Part shown: positions 9,434 through 18,088 of the stretch, one piece after another
How the letters are laid out: each line of letters begins with the position of its first letter
Numbering within the stretch: position 1 is the stretch's first letter
Source: Candidatus Woesebacteria bacterium
Lineage (GTDB): Bacteria; Patescibacteriota; Microgenomatia; UBA1400; MFAQ01
Length of the DNA stretch: 64,000 nt
NCBI GenBank assembly: GCA_035389185.1
Contig: DAOORK010000001.1
Location: forward strand, 65,006 to 129,005
Direction of reading: 5' to 3'
Made by a program: the position numbers and the translations under genes
Notes under the pieces: model-generated
Told to the model about the DNA's origin: nothing
The model's database searches: none
What the model saw: the letters and a program-made list of their open reading frames with translations, nothing else

Positions 9434-10357
9434 TTAGGCAAGTTTTTCAAATTCGGAAAGGGTGAACTCAAGAACATCAGCAAGTTTGCCCTCCATGACT
9501 TCTTTGAGATTGTGCCATGATTTGCTCAGGCGATGGTCTGTAAGACGATTCTGGGGGTAGTTGTAGGTCTTAATTTTCTCGGAGCGCATACCTCGGCCAA
9601 TGGCTTGAGATCGCTGGTCGGATAGAGCACCCAAACGCTTATCGTCTTCGATTTGCCAAAGTTTTGAACGGAGAAGGTTAAGAGCAATTTCTTTGTTACG
9701 AACTTGATAGCGTTCTTCACGAACAAAGATAACAAGACCGGTCGGCTTATGAGTAAGGCGAACGGCAGTGCTGACTTTATTTACGTTTTGGCCCCCTGGA
9801 CCACCAGCTCTAGTAAACTGCCAATCAAGGTCTGACTCGGCAATTTCTACCTGAGTGGGTTTGACTTCCGGAAGAACGGCAACGGTTGCTGTGGATGTTT
9901 GAATACGTCCCTGAGCTTCGGTAACAGGTACGCGCTGGACTCGATGAACACCTGACTCATACTGGAAGGTTTCGTAGGCCCCGTGATTCCAAAGAGTACG
10001 GTTTGGACGGGAAAACTTAACGACACCGTCATCGATTGTCTCAACAGTAAAGCCCATTTCTTCGGCAAAACGAGTATACATACGAAGTAAATCTTCGGCA
10101 AAAATTTTTGATTCATCACCGCCAGCGGCTCCGCGAATTTCGACGATGGCAGGGGAGTCATTAAAGCTTTCACCGTTTTCTTCATCTTTTTCTGTATCTA
10201 CCTGAGAAGATGATTGCAGTGACTCAAACTGCCTTTGCAGTTTTTCAATCTCAGCTTTGGCTAAAGTACCCAGATCCGGATCATTTATTAAAGCTTGATT
10301 GGCGGCAATTTCGTTTTCGATGCGCGAAATTTCGGCGTGAAGATACGGGTTATCCAT
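9434..10357 (-). CDS. prfA: Peptide chain release factor 1
   Basis: [14 protein letters not shown] (PxT), [23 protein letters not shown]. Confidence 0.95.
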   Translation of the reverse strand: MDNPYLHAEISRIENEIAANQALINDPDLGTLAKAEIEKLQRQFESLQSSSQVDTEKDEENGESFNDSPAIVEIRGAAGGDESKIFAEDLLRMYTRFAEEMGFTVETIDDGVVKFSRPNRTLWNHGAYETFQYESGVHRVQRVPVTEAQGRIQTSTATVAVLPEVKPTQVEIAESDLDWQFTRAGGPGGQNVNKVSTAVRLTHKPTGLVIFVREERYQVRNKEIALNLLRSKLWQIEDDKRLGALSDQRSQAIGRGMRSEKIKTYNYPQNRLTDHRLSKSWHNLKEVMEGKLADVLEFTLSEFEKLA

Positions 10358-10363
10358 AAAGAC

Positions 10364-10412
10364 GTATAAAGTATTATGTATTAAGTATTATGTATTGAGT
10401 ACAAAGTATCAA
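10364..10412. repeat. 7-bp tandem repeat, 7 units (GTATTAT/GTATTAA-like)
   Basis: gtataaa gtattat gtattaa gtattat gtattga gtacaaa gtatcaa. Confidence 0.9.
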
Positions 10413-10475
10413 GGGCCCGCAAAAGAATACCCAGCTGTGAGGGGAAAGCAGAATATATACGGGAAGAAACTTTAT

Positions 10476-10796
10476 CTATTCAGCGGATTTCTCTTCGGCT
10501 TTGGCTTCGGCCTTTTTCTTGGCATCAAGCATCTCTCTAAGAGTTTGAGGTGTTTCGTTGGACTCTTTTTTATCTTTGCCCCTTTTAACGTAACCTGAAG
10601 CGGCTTGGCGTTTAGCAATAAATTTGTCTACGCGACCCATGGCATCGATGAATCTTTGGGTGCCGGTGAAGAAGGGATGACACTTGTTGCAAACGTCAAC
10701 ATGAAGAGTGCTGACAGTCCCACCCACAGTAAAGGTATTCCCGCAAGCGCAGGTAATGGTGGTTTCCATGTATTCTGGATGTAGATTCTGTTTCAT
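10476..10796 (-). CDS. rpmE: 50S ribosomal protein L31 with C-terminal extension
   Basis: LHPEY, CACGN, DVCNKCHPFFTG, GRVDKF; alternative start at 10805. Confidence 0.95.
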   Translation of the reverse strand: MKQNLHPEYMETTITCACGNTFTVGGTVSTLHVDVCNKCHPFFTGTQRFIDAMGRVDKFIAKRQAASGYVKRGKDKKESNETPQTLREMLDAKKKAEAKAEEKSAE

Positions 10797-10864
10797 AGCC
10801 TTCATATTGTATCACATGAGGCTAACTTTGGTACAAAAAACCGCCTCGATTGAGACGGTATAGC

Positions 10865-11011
10865 TTAGTGCCTTTTGGCAAGTGGAATAACGATAATTTT
10901 TCGTTTGGCGATAGATACTTTTGGTTTGGGTAGAGGAAATACCTTGATTTTTCGATGGGTAACCGAGGCCTTATGATTTTTCGTTTTGATGAACATACGT
11001 ATGTTCTTCAT
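10865..11011 (-). CDS. 48-aa highly basic peptide (not in ORF track)
   Basis: AAGGAGG SD, ATG at 11011, TAA at 10865-10867, terminator at 10834-10859; MKNIRMFIKTKNHKASVTHRKIKVFPLPKPKVSIAKRKIIVIPLAKRH. Confidence 0.65.
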   Translation of the reverse strand: MKNIRMFIKTKNHKASVTHRKIKVFPLPKPKVSIAKRKIIVIPLAKRH

Positions 11012-11070
11012 ACATCCTCCTTAATTTGAAAGAACTGTTGTTGGGGATATTGTAGCAAATATTGACAAAA

Positions 11071-11943
11071 CTATCGTTTTTCGGAGATATAGACACCGAC
11101 GATGATGATCAGAGTAGCAAGAACAGTAATGGCAGAAATTGATTCTTTTAGCCAGATTAGAGCCAAGGGAATGGCAAAAATTGGTTTGAGATAGCCAAAT
11201 ACGGCAGCTTCCGAAGCTTCAATCCGTTTTTGACCTTCTTGAAGAGCCCAGAAGGCAACAATTGAACCAAAAACAGCCATGTAGAATATTCCCGGAAGGG
11301 CATTTGCTGAAAGAAGAAAACTGTTTCCAAGTGATGAGTTTACGACGTAAAAGAAGGGAATACTGATAAGAAAAGAGTAAAAGGAGAGAAAAATCGGGTC
11401 GAGTTTAAGTTTTTTACTCAGAATGAGAAAGATACTCCAGATGAGACAGCTGAGAATAATGAGAAAGTTTCCTTCGACTGAAAGTTGGACATGATTGTGT
11501 CCGGTGATAAACGGCTCGATGGCCACAAAAAGTGTGCCCAGTAACGCCAAAATAGCTCCTTTACGCTCCCTAGAGGTAATGTGTTCTCTGAGAAAAAGAT
11601 ACCCGAGAAGAATGGTAATGACGGGGTTGGTGGCTTCAATAAGGGAAGCGTCGACAGATGAGGTTAGGTTAAGACCGTTAAAAGAAAGAATCAGACAGAC
11701 AGGAGTACCAAGAAGCGCAACAAATAAAGTGCCAAGGTGGTTGATTGGATGCCGACAACGAGAACGATAAATTAGAAAAATGGGTAAGAATAAAAGAGTG
11801 GCAAAAAGATAACGATAAAAGAGAAATAATGAGGGGGAGGTAAACTGAAAAGAGTACTTAATAATGGGTACGGCAAAGCCCCAGAGTGCGGTGTTGAGAA
11901 TGAGAAGAAGATAGGCGATTGTGCGGCTTTTCGCTTTGGGCAT
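11071..11943 (-). CDS. EamA/DMT family transporter
   Basis: About ten TM helices in two EamA repeats (LWG...R...P...FLREH; ...PIFA...WLKE). Confidence 0.9.
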   Translation of the reverse strand: MPKAKSRTIAYLLLILNTALWGFAVPIIKYSFQFTSPSLFLFYRYLFATLLFLPIFLIYRSRCRHPINHLGTLFVALLGTPVCLILSFNGLNLTSSVDASLIEATNPVITILLGYLFLREHITSRERKGAILALLGTLFVAIEPFITGHNHVQLSVEGNFLIILSCLIWSIFLILSKKLKLDPIFLSFYSFLISIPFFYVVNSSLGNSFLLSANALPGIFYMAVFGSIVAFWALQEGQKRIEASEAAVFGYLKPIFAIPLALIWLKESISAITVLATLIIIVGVYISEKR

Positions 11944-11962
11944 TAAGCTATTTTAGCCTACT

Positions 11963-12592
11963 TTAGAGGACTTTGGCACGAGAAATGGAGAGTTTTCCTT
12001 GGTATAGTTTGACGATACCGAGAATAGTTTGGTCGGCACTAAGGTCTTCGAGTTTTACGGTTGATTTTTTGGAAAGAGTGAGGGTTTGATCTGTACCATT
12101 AATGTTTAAAGTGATGATTTTCTTTTTGGTGTCGACAGCAGTGACTTTGGCGACGACAGCGGTGGTAATCACCTGGTCGGAAGTATCTTCCTTGATGACA
12201 GTCACTTTTTTGGCTTGAACAATATCGTCTTTGACCGATGTGCCGATAACGATGACTTGGTCTCCGATGGCTAGAGAGGTAAGTTTGACGGTGACACCAT
12301 TTTTGGTGTAAACAGTTTTGGCGTTACTGGATACTTGAAGCAAGATACCTTGGGTATCGACAGTGAGATTATCTGATCCGATTGTCTTGACAATGCCGAC
12401 ATAGCCTACAAGGGTCTGAAGATCAACTTTTTCTTTAAGTTTGGCCTCAGTAGTAGAGATATTTTCCTGAACAAGGGTTTTGATTTTGTCTTGCATATCT
12501 GAAGTGGCCGAAGAAGTAGAGTCGATGGCGTAAACGGAACCAGAGGCAAATGTAACGATGGTTAGAAGGGCGATAATTATTTGTTTTTTCAT
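11963..12592 (-). CDS. Secreted hypothetical protein with tandem OB-like (DUF5666-like) repeats
   Basis: Signal peptide from ATG 12592 (MKKQIIIALL..VYA); LAIGDQVIVIG..VQAKKV. Confidence 0.65.
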   Translation of the reverse strand: MKKQIIIALLTIVTFASGSVYAIDSTSSATSDMQDKIKTLVQENISTTEAKLKEKVDLQTLVGYVGIVKTIGSDNLTVDTQGILLQVSSNAKTVYTKNGVTVKLTSLAIGDQVIVIGTSVKDDIVQAKKVTVIKEDTSDQVITTAVVAKVTAVDTKKKIITLNINGTDQTLTLSKKSTVKLEDLSADQTILGIVKLYQGKLSISRAKVL

Positions 12593-12593
12593 A

Positions 12594-13025
12594 CTATTCA
12601 GGTAGGGAGGTGGTACGAATAACGGTGATTGACGCCGAAGAAGTGGCCATTCCAGAATCAACGGTAGTGACAGTTATGGTGTTTTCCCCGTTGATAAGAT
12701 TGATGTTAGCCGTAAAACCGCCATTTTTGTCGGCAACAGTGAGGATGTCATCGCTCTCAGTAATAATGGCGATATTGACGTTAGGTTTGGTGCTACCTTT
12801 GAGGATGGTCTTATCTTCGGTTATGACAGCATGATCTTGAGGAGTGATAAACAAGATGTCGGTATTATTTGCGGGTGTAGGTGTGGGAGGGTTGGAGTCT
12901 TTTTCTTGAGTTTCACTGTCTCCAATCAGTTTACTGGCTGAGTTGTTGGCAAGATTAAGACCATAGAGAATGATTCCTCCAAGGATGACACCAATAATGA
13001 CGGCTAGAATTACTTCTTTGCGCAT
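12594..13025 (-). CDS. Membrane-anchored Ig-like domain protein
   Basis: N-terminal TM, Pro/Thr linker, GST.P..ADKNGGF..L..GENTITV..D. Confidence 0.75.
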   Translation of the reverse strand: MRKEVILAVIIGVILGGIILYGLNLANNSASKLIGDSETQEKDSNPPTPTPANNTDILFITPQDHAVITEDKTILKGSTKPNVNIAIITESDDILTVADKNGGFTANINLINGENTITVTTVDSGMATSSASITVIRTTSLPE

Positions 13026-13102
13026 AGGCTTTCGACTGAAGAATATCAGTTTAACACCATATTTGCAAGTTTTTGCTGAAAAACCTGTGTTAAGATTTGT
13101 TT

Positions 13103-13768
13103 ATGGAAATTACATATCTTGGTCACTCTTGTTTCAAATTAAAAAGTAAAAGCGGCATGACTTTAGTCATGGATCCTTTTAAAACGGAGAATGTCGGTTT
13201 GCCTTTGGCAAAAGAAGTGGCGGATATTGTAACAATCTCACACAATCATGACGACCACAATGCGATAGAAGTGGTGACCGGGCCGGTAATGCGTCAAAGT
13301 ACTTTTGTGATTGATAAAGAAGGGGAGTACGAAATTGGCGGAGTAGAGATATCGGCGATAAAAACATATCATGATAAAACCGAAGGATCGGAACGGGGGA
13401 AGAACCTAATTTCTTTTGTGAGAATGGATGGGGTGAATTTGCTGCACTTGGGAGATCTTGGACATCAGTTATCTGAGCAACAGATTGAAAAAATTGGTTC
13501 AGTGGATGTTTTAATGGTAAATGTCGGCGGAGTGACTTCTTTGGAGATAGAAGATGTAATGAAATTGATTGGTGATATCCAGCCGTCGTATGTCATTCCA
13601 ATGCACTACAAAGTACCCGGGATGTTGGAGGCTTGGGCAGCAAAGCACACACTTCAGGACTTTTTGGACAAAAATAAATATGTTGTTGCCGGCGAACAAG
13701 TACACAAGATGAAAGTTGAACCAACCAGTCTGCCCGATGATACTCAAGTACTAATAATGAATGCCTAA
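13103..13768 (+). CDS. Metallo-beta-lactamase fold hydrolase
   Basis: LGHSCF, MDPF, ISHNHDDHN, HLGDLG, IPMHY. Confidence 0.92.
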   Translation: MEITYLGHSCFKLKSKSGMTLVMDPFKTENVGLPLAKEVADIVTISHNHDDHNAIEVVTGPVMRQSTFVIDKEGEYEIGGVEISAIKTYHDKTEGSERGKNLISFVRMDGVNLLHLGDLGHQLSEQQIEKIGSVDVLMVNVGGVTSLEIEDVMKLIGDIQPSYVIPMHYKVPGMLEAWAAKHTLQDFLDKNKYVVAGEQVHKMKVEPTSLPDDTQVLIMNA

Positions 13769-15071
13769 CAGCAGAATTCCACCACATTCTGACGAAGCCG
13801 AAAAATCTATTTTGGGGGCCATCTTGATTGATAAAGACGCAATTGTGGATATTGCCACAGTATTGCGTCCGGAGATGTTTTATAACAATAATAATGGCTC
13901 GATTTACGACGCGATGGTGTCTCTCTATGAAAATCGTGATCCAATTGACGTTTTGACTGTTGCTGATTGGCTTAAGAAAGCAAAGTTGCTGGATAAAATA
14001 GGAGGCAGAAAATATTTATCTGAGTTGTCCAATGAAGTCCCCGTGGCTTCTCACGCTGATAAATATGCACAAATTGTAAGAGAGACTTATATCAAACGCC
14101 AGTTGATTAGTGCCGGAGCAACAATGGGGGAAATGGGTTTTGACGAAAGTAAACCTTTAATTGAGATTTTGGACAAAGCGGAGCAGGAAATATATGCTCT
14201 ATCACAGACAAATATTAGCCGGTCTTTTGTGCCGATTAAAGATGCTTTGGCGGAAAGTTTTGATCGCCTGGATTCGTTACAGAACTCGCCAGATGGTTTA
14301 CGCGGTTGTCCAACCGGATTTGGCGATCTGGATAAGATGCTGGCCGGAATGCAGGACTCCAACTTGCTGATACTGGCCGCTCGTCCTGGTATCGGTAAAA
14401 CGACCTTTGCTACTAATATTGCTCAGTATGTGGCGGTAGAAAAAAAGATGCCCGTAGGGTACTTTGCTTTGGAAATGAGTAATTTGGAAATGGTTGACCG
14501 TATGTTGGTGTCTCAAGCTAACATTGATGCTTGGAAACTGAAAACAGGAAACTTGAAAGATGATGACTTTGCCCGTTTGTCCGAGGGAATGGGAGTATTG
14601 GCGGAGTCACCTCTGTACATCGACGATACACCTGGCCAGTCTATTTTGGAACTTCGTACCAAGGCTCGACGTCTACACTCGCAAGTTGGTTTGAAGTTGC
14701 TTGTGGTGGACTATTTGCAGTTGTGTGTGGGAGATAAAAGTTATGAAAGTCGGGTACAGGAGGTTGGTGCAATTTCTCAGGGTCTCAAGAATCTGGCTCG
14801 TGAACTCAGAATACCCGTTCTGGCTCTTTCTCAGCTTAATCGTGGTGTGGAAAGTAGAAATGATAAGACACCAATGCTGGCTGATTTGCGTGAGTCGGGG
14901 AGTATCGAACAGGACGCAGATGTGGTTATGTTCTTATATCGTAATGATGATAATAATCTGGAAGACGTGAAGTTGGCTATTGCCAAACACCGCAATGGTG
15001 CTTTGGGAACAATGGATCTTAAGTTTAGAGGTGATAGGGTGAAGTTTTATGGAGTAGAGAAGGGGAGGTAA
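13761..15071 (+). CDS. dnaB: Replicative DNA helicase
   Basis: AARPGIGKT, VDYLQL, LSQLNR, DLRESGSIEQDAD, KHRNG; no intein. Confidence 0.98.
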   Translation: MPNSRIPPHSDEAEKSILGAILIDKDAIVDIATVLRPEMFYNNNNGSIYDAMVSLYENRDPIDVLTVADWLKKAKLLDKIGGRKYLSELSNEVPVASHADKYAQIVRETYIKRQLISAGATMGEMGFDESKPLIEILDKAEQEIYALSQTNISRSFVPIKDALAESFDRLDSLQNSPDGLRGCPTGFGDLDKMLAGMQDSNLLILAARPGIGKTTFATNIAQYVAVEKKMPVGYFALEMSNLEMVDRMLVSQANIDAWKLKTGNLKDDDFARLSEGMGVLAESPLYIDDTPGQSILELRTKARRLHSQVGLKLLVVDYLQLCVGDKSYESRVQEVGAISQGLKNLARELRIPVLALSQLNRGVESRNDKTPMLADLRESGSIEQDADVVMFLYRNDDNNLEDVKLAIAKHRNGALGTMDLKFRGDRVKFYGVEKGR

Positions 15072-15105
15072 TGCACTCCGTTTGTTCGATCCCCAACAGA
15101 ATATT

Positions 15106-15133
15106 AAAAATCTCTCCACAAGGGAGAGATTTT
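15106..15133 (-). terminator. Hairpin/terminator 3' of tRNA-Leu(CAA)
   Basis: AAAATCTCTCC-ACAAG-GGAGAGATTTT. Confidence 0.8.
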
Positions 15134-15139
15134 AAATAG

Positions 15140-15222
15140 TGCCGAGAGAGGGGATCGAACCCTCACGGCCTTGCGACCACAGGTTTTTGAGACCTGAGCG
15201 TATACCATTCCGCCATCTCGGC
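15140..15222 (-). tRNA. tRNA-Leu(CAA)
   Basis: GCCGAGA acceptor stem, CAGGT-CT-CAA-AA-ACCTG anticodon arm, long variable arm, GTTCGATCC. Confidence 0.95.
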
Positions 15223-15244
15223 ATTACTTATATTGTTACCCAAG

Positions 15245-15303
15245 CACGGCCTTGCGACCACAGGTTTTTTAAACCTCCGCGTTCACCATTCCGCCATCTC
15301 GGC
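15245..15303 (-). pseudogene. 5' fragment copy of tRNA-Leu lacking the T arm and 3' acceptor strand
   Basis: 15245-15269 is identical to 15164-15188; 5' end also matches; anticodon loop reads TT-AAA-AA. Confidence 0.85.
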
Positions 15304-15358
15304 AACAAGCATATATTATACCTTAGTAAAGAAAATCCACCCTCGCGGGTGGATATTT

Positions 15359-16039
15359 TTAGGTATCTAGCATTCGAGAAAGTTCGGCCATCGACCGAAG
15401 AAGATTCTGTCTGGCTTGTTCCCCGTATTTATTCTGGAAATACTTTGTTATGTAGAGACTGCGGCGATCTAAATATTTTTTCAGAATATTCATTCTGCCT
15501 TTGGCAAAGTCAGCGTTGCTTACCCAGCCATATTCTTCACGGATAAAGACCGAGTTTTGATCAAAGTCAATCTGTGGAAGACCGAGAGGGGAGAGATCGA
15601 TATCGCAAATCAACTGCGCATCAATGTCGAGCGGCTCTTCGATGTGCCTTGTCGCCAAGACAAGATCAGAAACTTTTTGGGAAAACCCGACTGACAGATG
15701 GGCAGTTCGACAAGTACTGAAGGCTAGATCGGCACACATTTCTTCAATACCATGAATCTTGGTGTCATAGATGGCGTCATGGAACCAGATGGCAAGCTCT
15801 AAAGCCTTAGGATTAATGGCAAGGTGTTTGACAGCGTCAAATTCTTTTAGGCAGTGCTGAATATGATTGTCGAGGTTGTGATATCCGCGTTGAGGATGTG
15901 AGTATAAATGTTCAAGATCTTTGAGGATTATTGCTCGACTCAGCTTAATGTCTCCGAATGGAAGAGAATTACATAGTTTAATCCAGTGTTGTTCTAAATA
16001 ACTATTGTCCATATTTTCCTTTCTACTGAATATTGGCAC
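15359..16039 (-). CDS. HD-superfamily metal-dependent phosphohydrolase
   Basis: R.YHN..H, AIWFHDAIYD, ICDIDLSPLG, IREEY. Confidence 0.88.
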   Translation of the reverse strand: MPIFSRKENMDNSYLEQHWIKLCNSLPFGDIKLSRAIILKDLEHLYSHPQRGYHNLDNHIQHCLKEFDAVKHLAINPKALELAIWFHDAIYDTKIHGIEEMCADLAFSTCRTAHLSVGFSQKVSDLVLATRHIEEPLDIDAQLICDIDLSPLGLPQIDFDQNSVFIREEYGWVSNADFAKGRMNILKKYLDRRSLYITKYFQNKYGEQARQNLLRSMAELSRMLDT

Positions 16040-16529
16040 GATAGAGAGTCTTTAGTCTTTCAAGAACTGGAAGTGACACGTAGTTGGAGACCACTTCTTC
16101 CCAACCATCAGGCCCAACAAGTCCTTTGACCATGCTGGAGCTAACCTCGCGAAGTTCTCGCGGGGGCATGAGAAAAAGAGTAGTAATTTGGGGATCAAGA
16201 TCGGTGTTGATGTTACACATCTCCGCTTCATCCTCGTAGTCCTTGGATGATCTTAGACCGCGAATGATGGTTTGGGCTCCGACTGATTTGGCATACTTGA
16301 CGAGAAATTGGTACGAAAAGCTTCTGATGGATATGTTAGAAATGTTTTGAGTCGAAAGGTAAAGCATATCCAGTCTATCGTTTTCGGTAAACAGACACTG
16401 TTTTTTTGGATTGGTACCGATAGCTACGATGAGCTTATCGAATATCGAAGCAGCTCTCTCGATCATCCAGAGATGACCAAGGGTTGGCGGATCGAAAGAT
16501 CCGGCGTAGATTGCAATTTTTTCTGCCAT
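16023..16529 (-). CDS. coaD: Phosphopantetheine adenylyltransferase
   Basis: YAGSFDPPTLGH, NPKK, IIRGLRS..D, VSSSMVK; AAGGAG SD. Confidence 0.88.
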   Translation of the reverse strand: MAEKIAIYAGSFDPPTLGHLWMIERAASIFDKLIVAIGTNPKKQCLFTENDRLDMLYLSTQNISNISIRSFSYQFLVKYAKSVGAQTIIRGLRSSKDYEDEAEMCNINTDLDPQITTLFLMPPRELREVSSSMVKGLVGPDGWEEVVSNYVSLPVLERLKTLYRANIQ

Positions 16530-16637
16530 TTTTCTCCTTTATATGGGAATGTGCAAACTTTCAGGGATATTATAGAGCCCATAGGACTTTTATGCCATGG
16601 CTGTATTAAATATGAGGTTAGGAGTAAAATATGCTTC

Positions 16638-17198
16638 ATGATTGATGTGAACAAACTAAAGGTGGGCGTGACTTTTTCTGAGGAAGGTCAGCCTTTTAGG
16701 GTAATGAAGTATGACTTTACTAAGATGGGTAGGGGAAACGCCACCATTAAAGTAAAGGCCAAGAATCTTTTTAATGGTTCGATTGTGACCAAGGGATTTA
16801 TTTCCGGCAATATGGTCGAGGACATTACTTTGGACAAGAAACATTTGCAGTATCTTTACAAAGATGACGACAAGGCTTACTTTATGGATCCGGTTTCTTT
16901 TGAACAGTACGAAATTCCCATGGCCGTTTTGGGTGATGACGTGAAGTTCTTGGTGGAAGGGGAGAAGGTCTGGGTACTTTTTTGGGATGAAAGAATTTTA
17001 GGTGTAGAGTTAGCTGCTTCGGTAGTAATGGAAATTGTAGAGTCAGAGCCGGGTGCAAGAGGAAACACCGTCAGTAACGTTCTCAAACCGGCAACAACTG
17101 CATCAGGGCTCGTAGTAATGGTGCCTTTGTTTATCGGAGTGGGCGACAAGATTAAAATAAATACCGAGACTGGGGAGTATACCGCCAGAGCGAATTAA
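16638..17198 (+). CDS. efp: Elongation factor P
   Basis: QYLYKD, FMDP..FEQ, EPGARGNT..LKPA, VPLFI..GDKIKINT; start at ATG 16638 (ORF track is extended 5'). Confidence 0.95.
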   Translation: MIDVNKLKVGVTFSEEGQPFRVMKYDFTKMGRGNATIKVKAKNLFNGSIVTKGFISGNMVEDITLDKKHLQYLYKDDDKAYFMDPVSFEQYEIPMAVLGDDVKFLVEGEKVWVLFWDERILGVELAASVVMEIVESEPGARGNTVSNVLKPATTASGLVVMVPLFIGVGDKIKINTETGEYTARAN

Positions 17199-17221
17199 GA
17201 TAACTTCATTAAAAAAGACCC

Positions 17222-17569
17222 CTAGGAAGGGGTCTGTGTCTTGTATGGCTTTGATTCGTCAACAAGTATTCCAAAGATATATGTTTTACCCAAGAGAGGG
17301 TGTGGTCTTTCGATAAGGGTCGCTTGTATGCTGAGAGTAACATCAACTTGTCCGTTGGAGAGTTTCTCTTCGTGGAGTCCAATATATTTCGGAAGTTTAA
17401 TAGGCTTACTGCGGAGATCTACCGCTTTCTTTTGGGGTTTAACCTTCAGACGTTTGTTCCATGTGTCGCAGATAGCGGTCATCTCATATTTTTCGGCCAG
17501 TTGAGCCATTCTTTTGCGAATATCGTCTGTGGACATACTCTTTGAGGGAATATATATAACTACAGGCAT
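17222..17569 (-). CDS. Hypothetical protein (standalone unit)
   Basis: AGGAGG SD, TAGAAT -10, terminator 17211-17235 overlapping the stop. Confidence 0.72.
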   Translation of the reverse strand: MPVVIYIPSKSMSTDDIRKRMAQLAEKYEMTAICDTWNKRLKVKPQKKAVDLRSKPIKLPKYIGLHEEKLSNGQVDVTLSIQATLIERPHPLLGKTYIFGILVDESKPYKTQTPS

Positions 17570-17616
17570 TGCGTACCTCCTTTTTAAAGATGCGATGAGC
17601 TTGAGGGTATTCTACA

Positions 17617-18063
17617 CTATTTCAAGAGCAAGACAAGAAGAATGACCAAGACCTGGGGAAGCAGACCCCAGAGCTTGTTCGGGGTTGAACGATGAACCCA
17701 AGCGTGAAGTTTGGCAAACTGTCTGATGGGGGTAAATTTCATGTCTAGGAATAAATAGGGGAACTCAAGAAAGTCGGGCAAGAGACCCACAAACCAGCCA
17801 AGCCAGATGTGCCAGTTTAACGGATGTCCGTTTTGGAAGATGATGTACACAAGTGCAAAAGAGAGAGGAAAGTCAAAAAAAAGTTCTTGGAGGAAGGCCG
17901 CCTTACGGGATTTTTTCCAGCCGGAAAGCCCCTGCCCAACATCCCAGTGAGGGATTCGGTCTTCAATATAGTGAGAAAGAAGAACAAGGGGAATACTTAT
18001 TAATGGGTTAGGAATCTTTGAGGCTATAAAAGCGCCTGTTGTACCATGGGCAATAGAAAGCAT
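17617..18063 (-). CDS. Membrane protein, metal-dependent hydrolase-like
   Basis: M..AHG..G, SHY..D.IPHWD, LLPDF, C-terminal His residues. Confidence 0.7.
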   Translation of the reverse strand: MLSIAHGTTGAFIASKIPNPLISIPLVLLSHYIEDRIPHWDVGQGLSGWKKSRKAAFLQELFFDFPLSFALVYIIFQNGHPLNWHIWLGWFVGLLPDFLEFPYLFLDMKFTPIRQFAKLHAWVHRSTPNKLWGLLPQVLVILLVLLLK

Positions 18064-18088
18064 AGTGGTTTTTAGTATACAATAATTG

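Noticed and set aside
15139-15546. 135-aa ORF with repeated RPCDHRF
   Set aside because: Antisense shadow of tRNA-Leu and its partial duplicate; the peptide repeat only reflects the DNA duplication.
16308-16637. Long N-terminal extensions in the ORF track (efp; likewise recG, PBP, 60632, 12661, 63137)
   Set aside because: They overlap opposite-strand genes, neighbouring genes or tRNAs, or lack support; downstream starts fit family N-termini and -10/SD signals.
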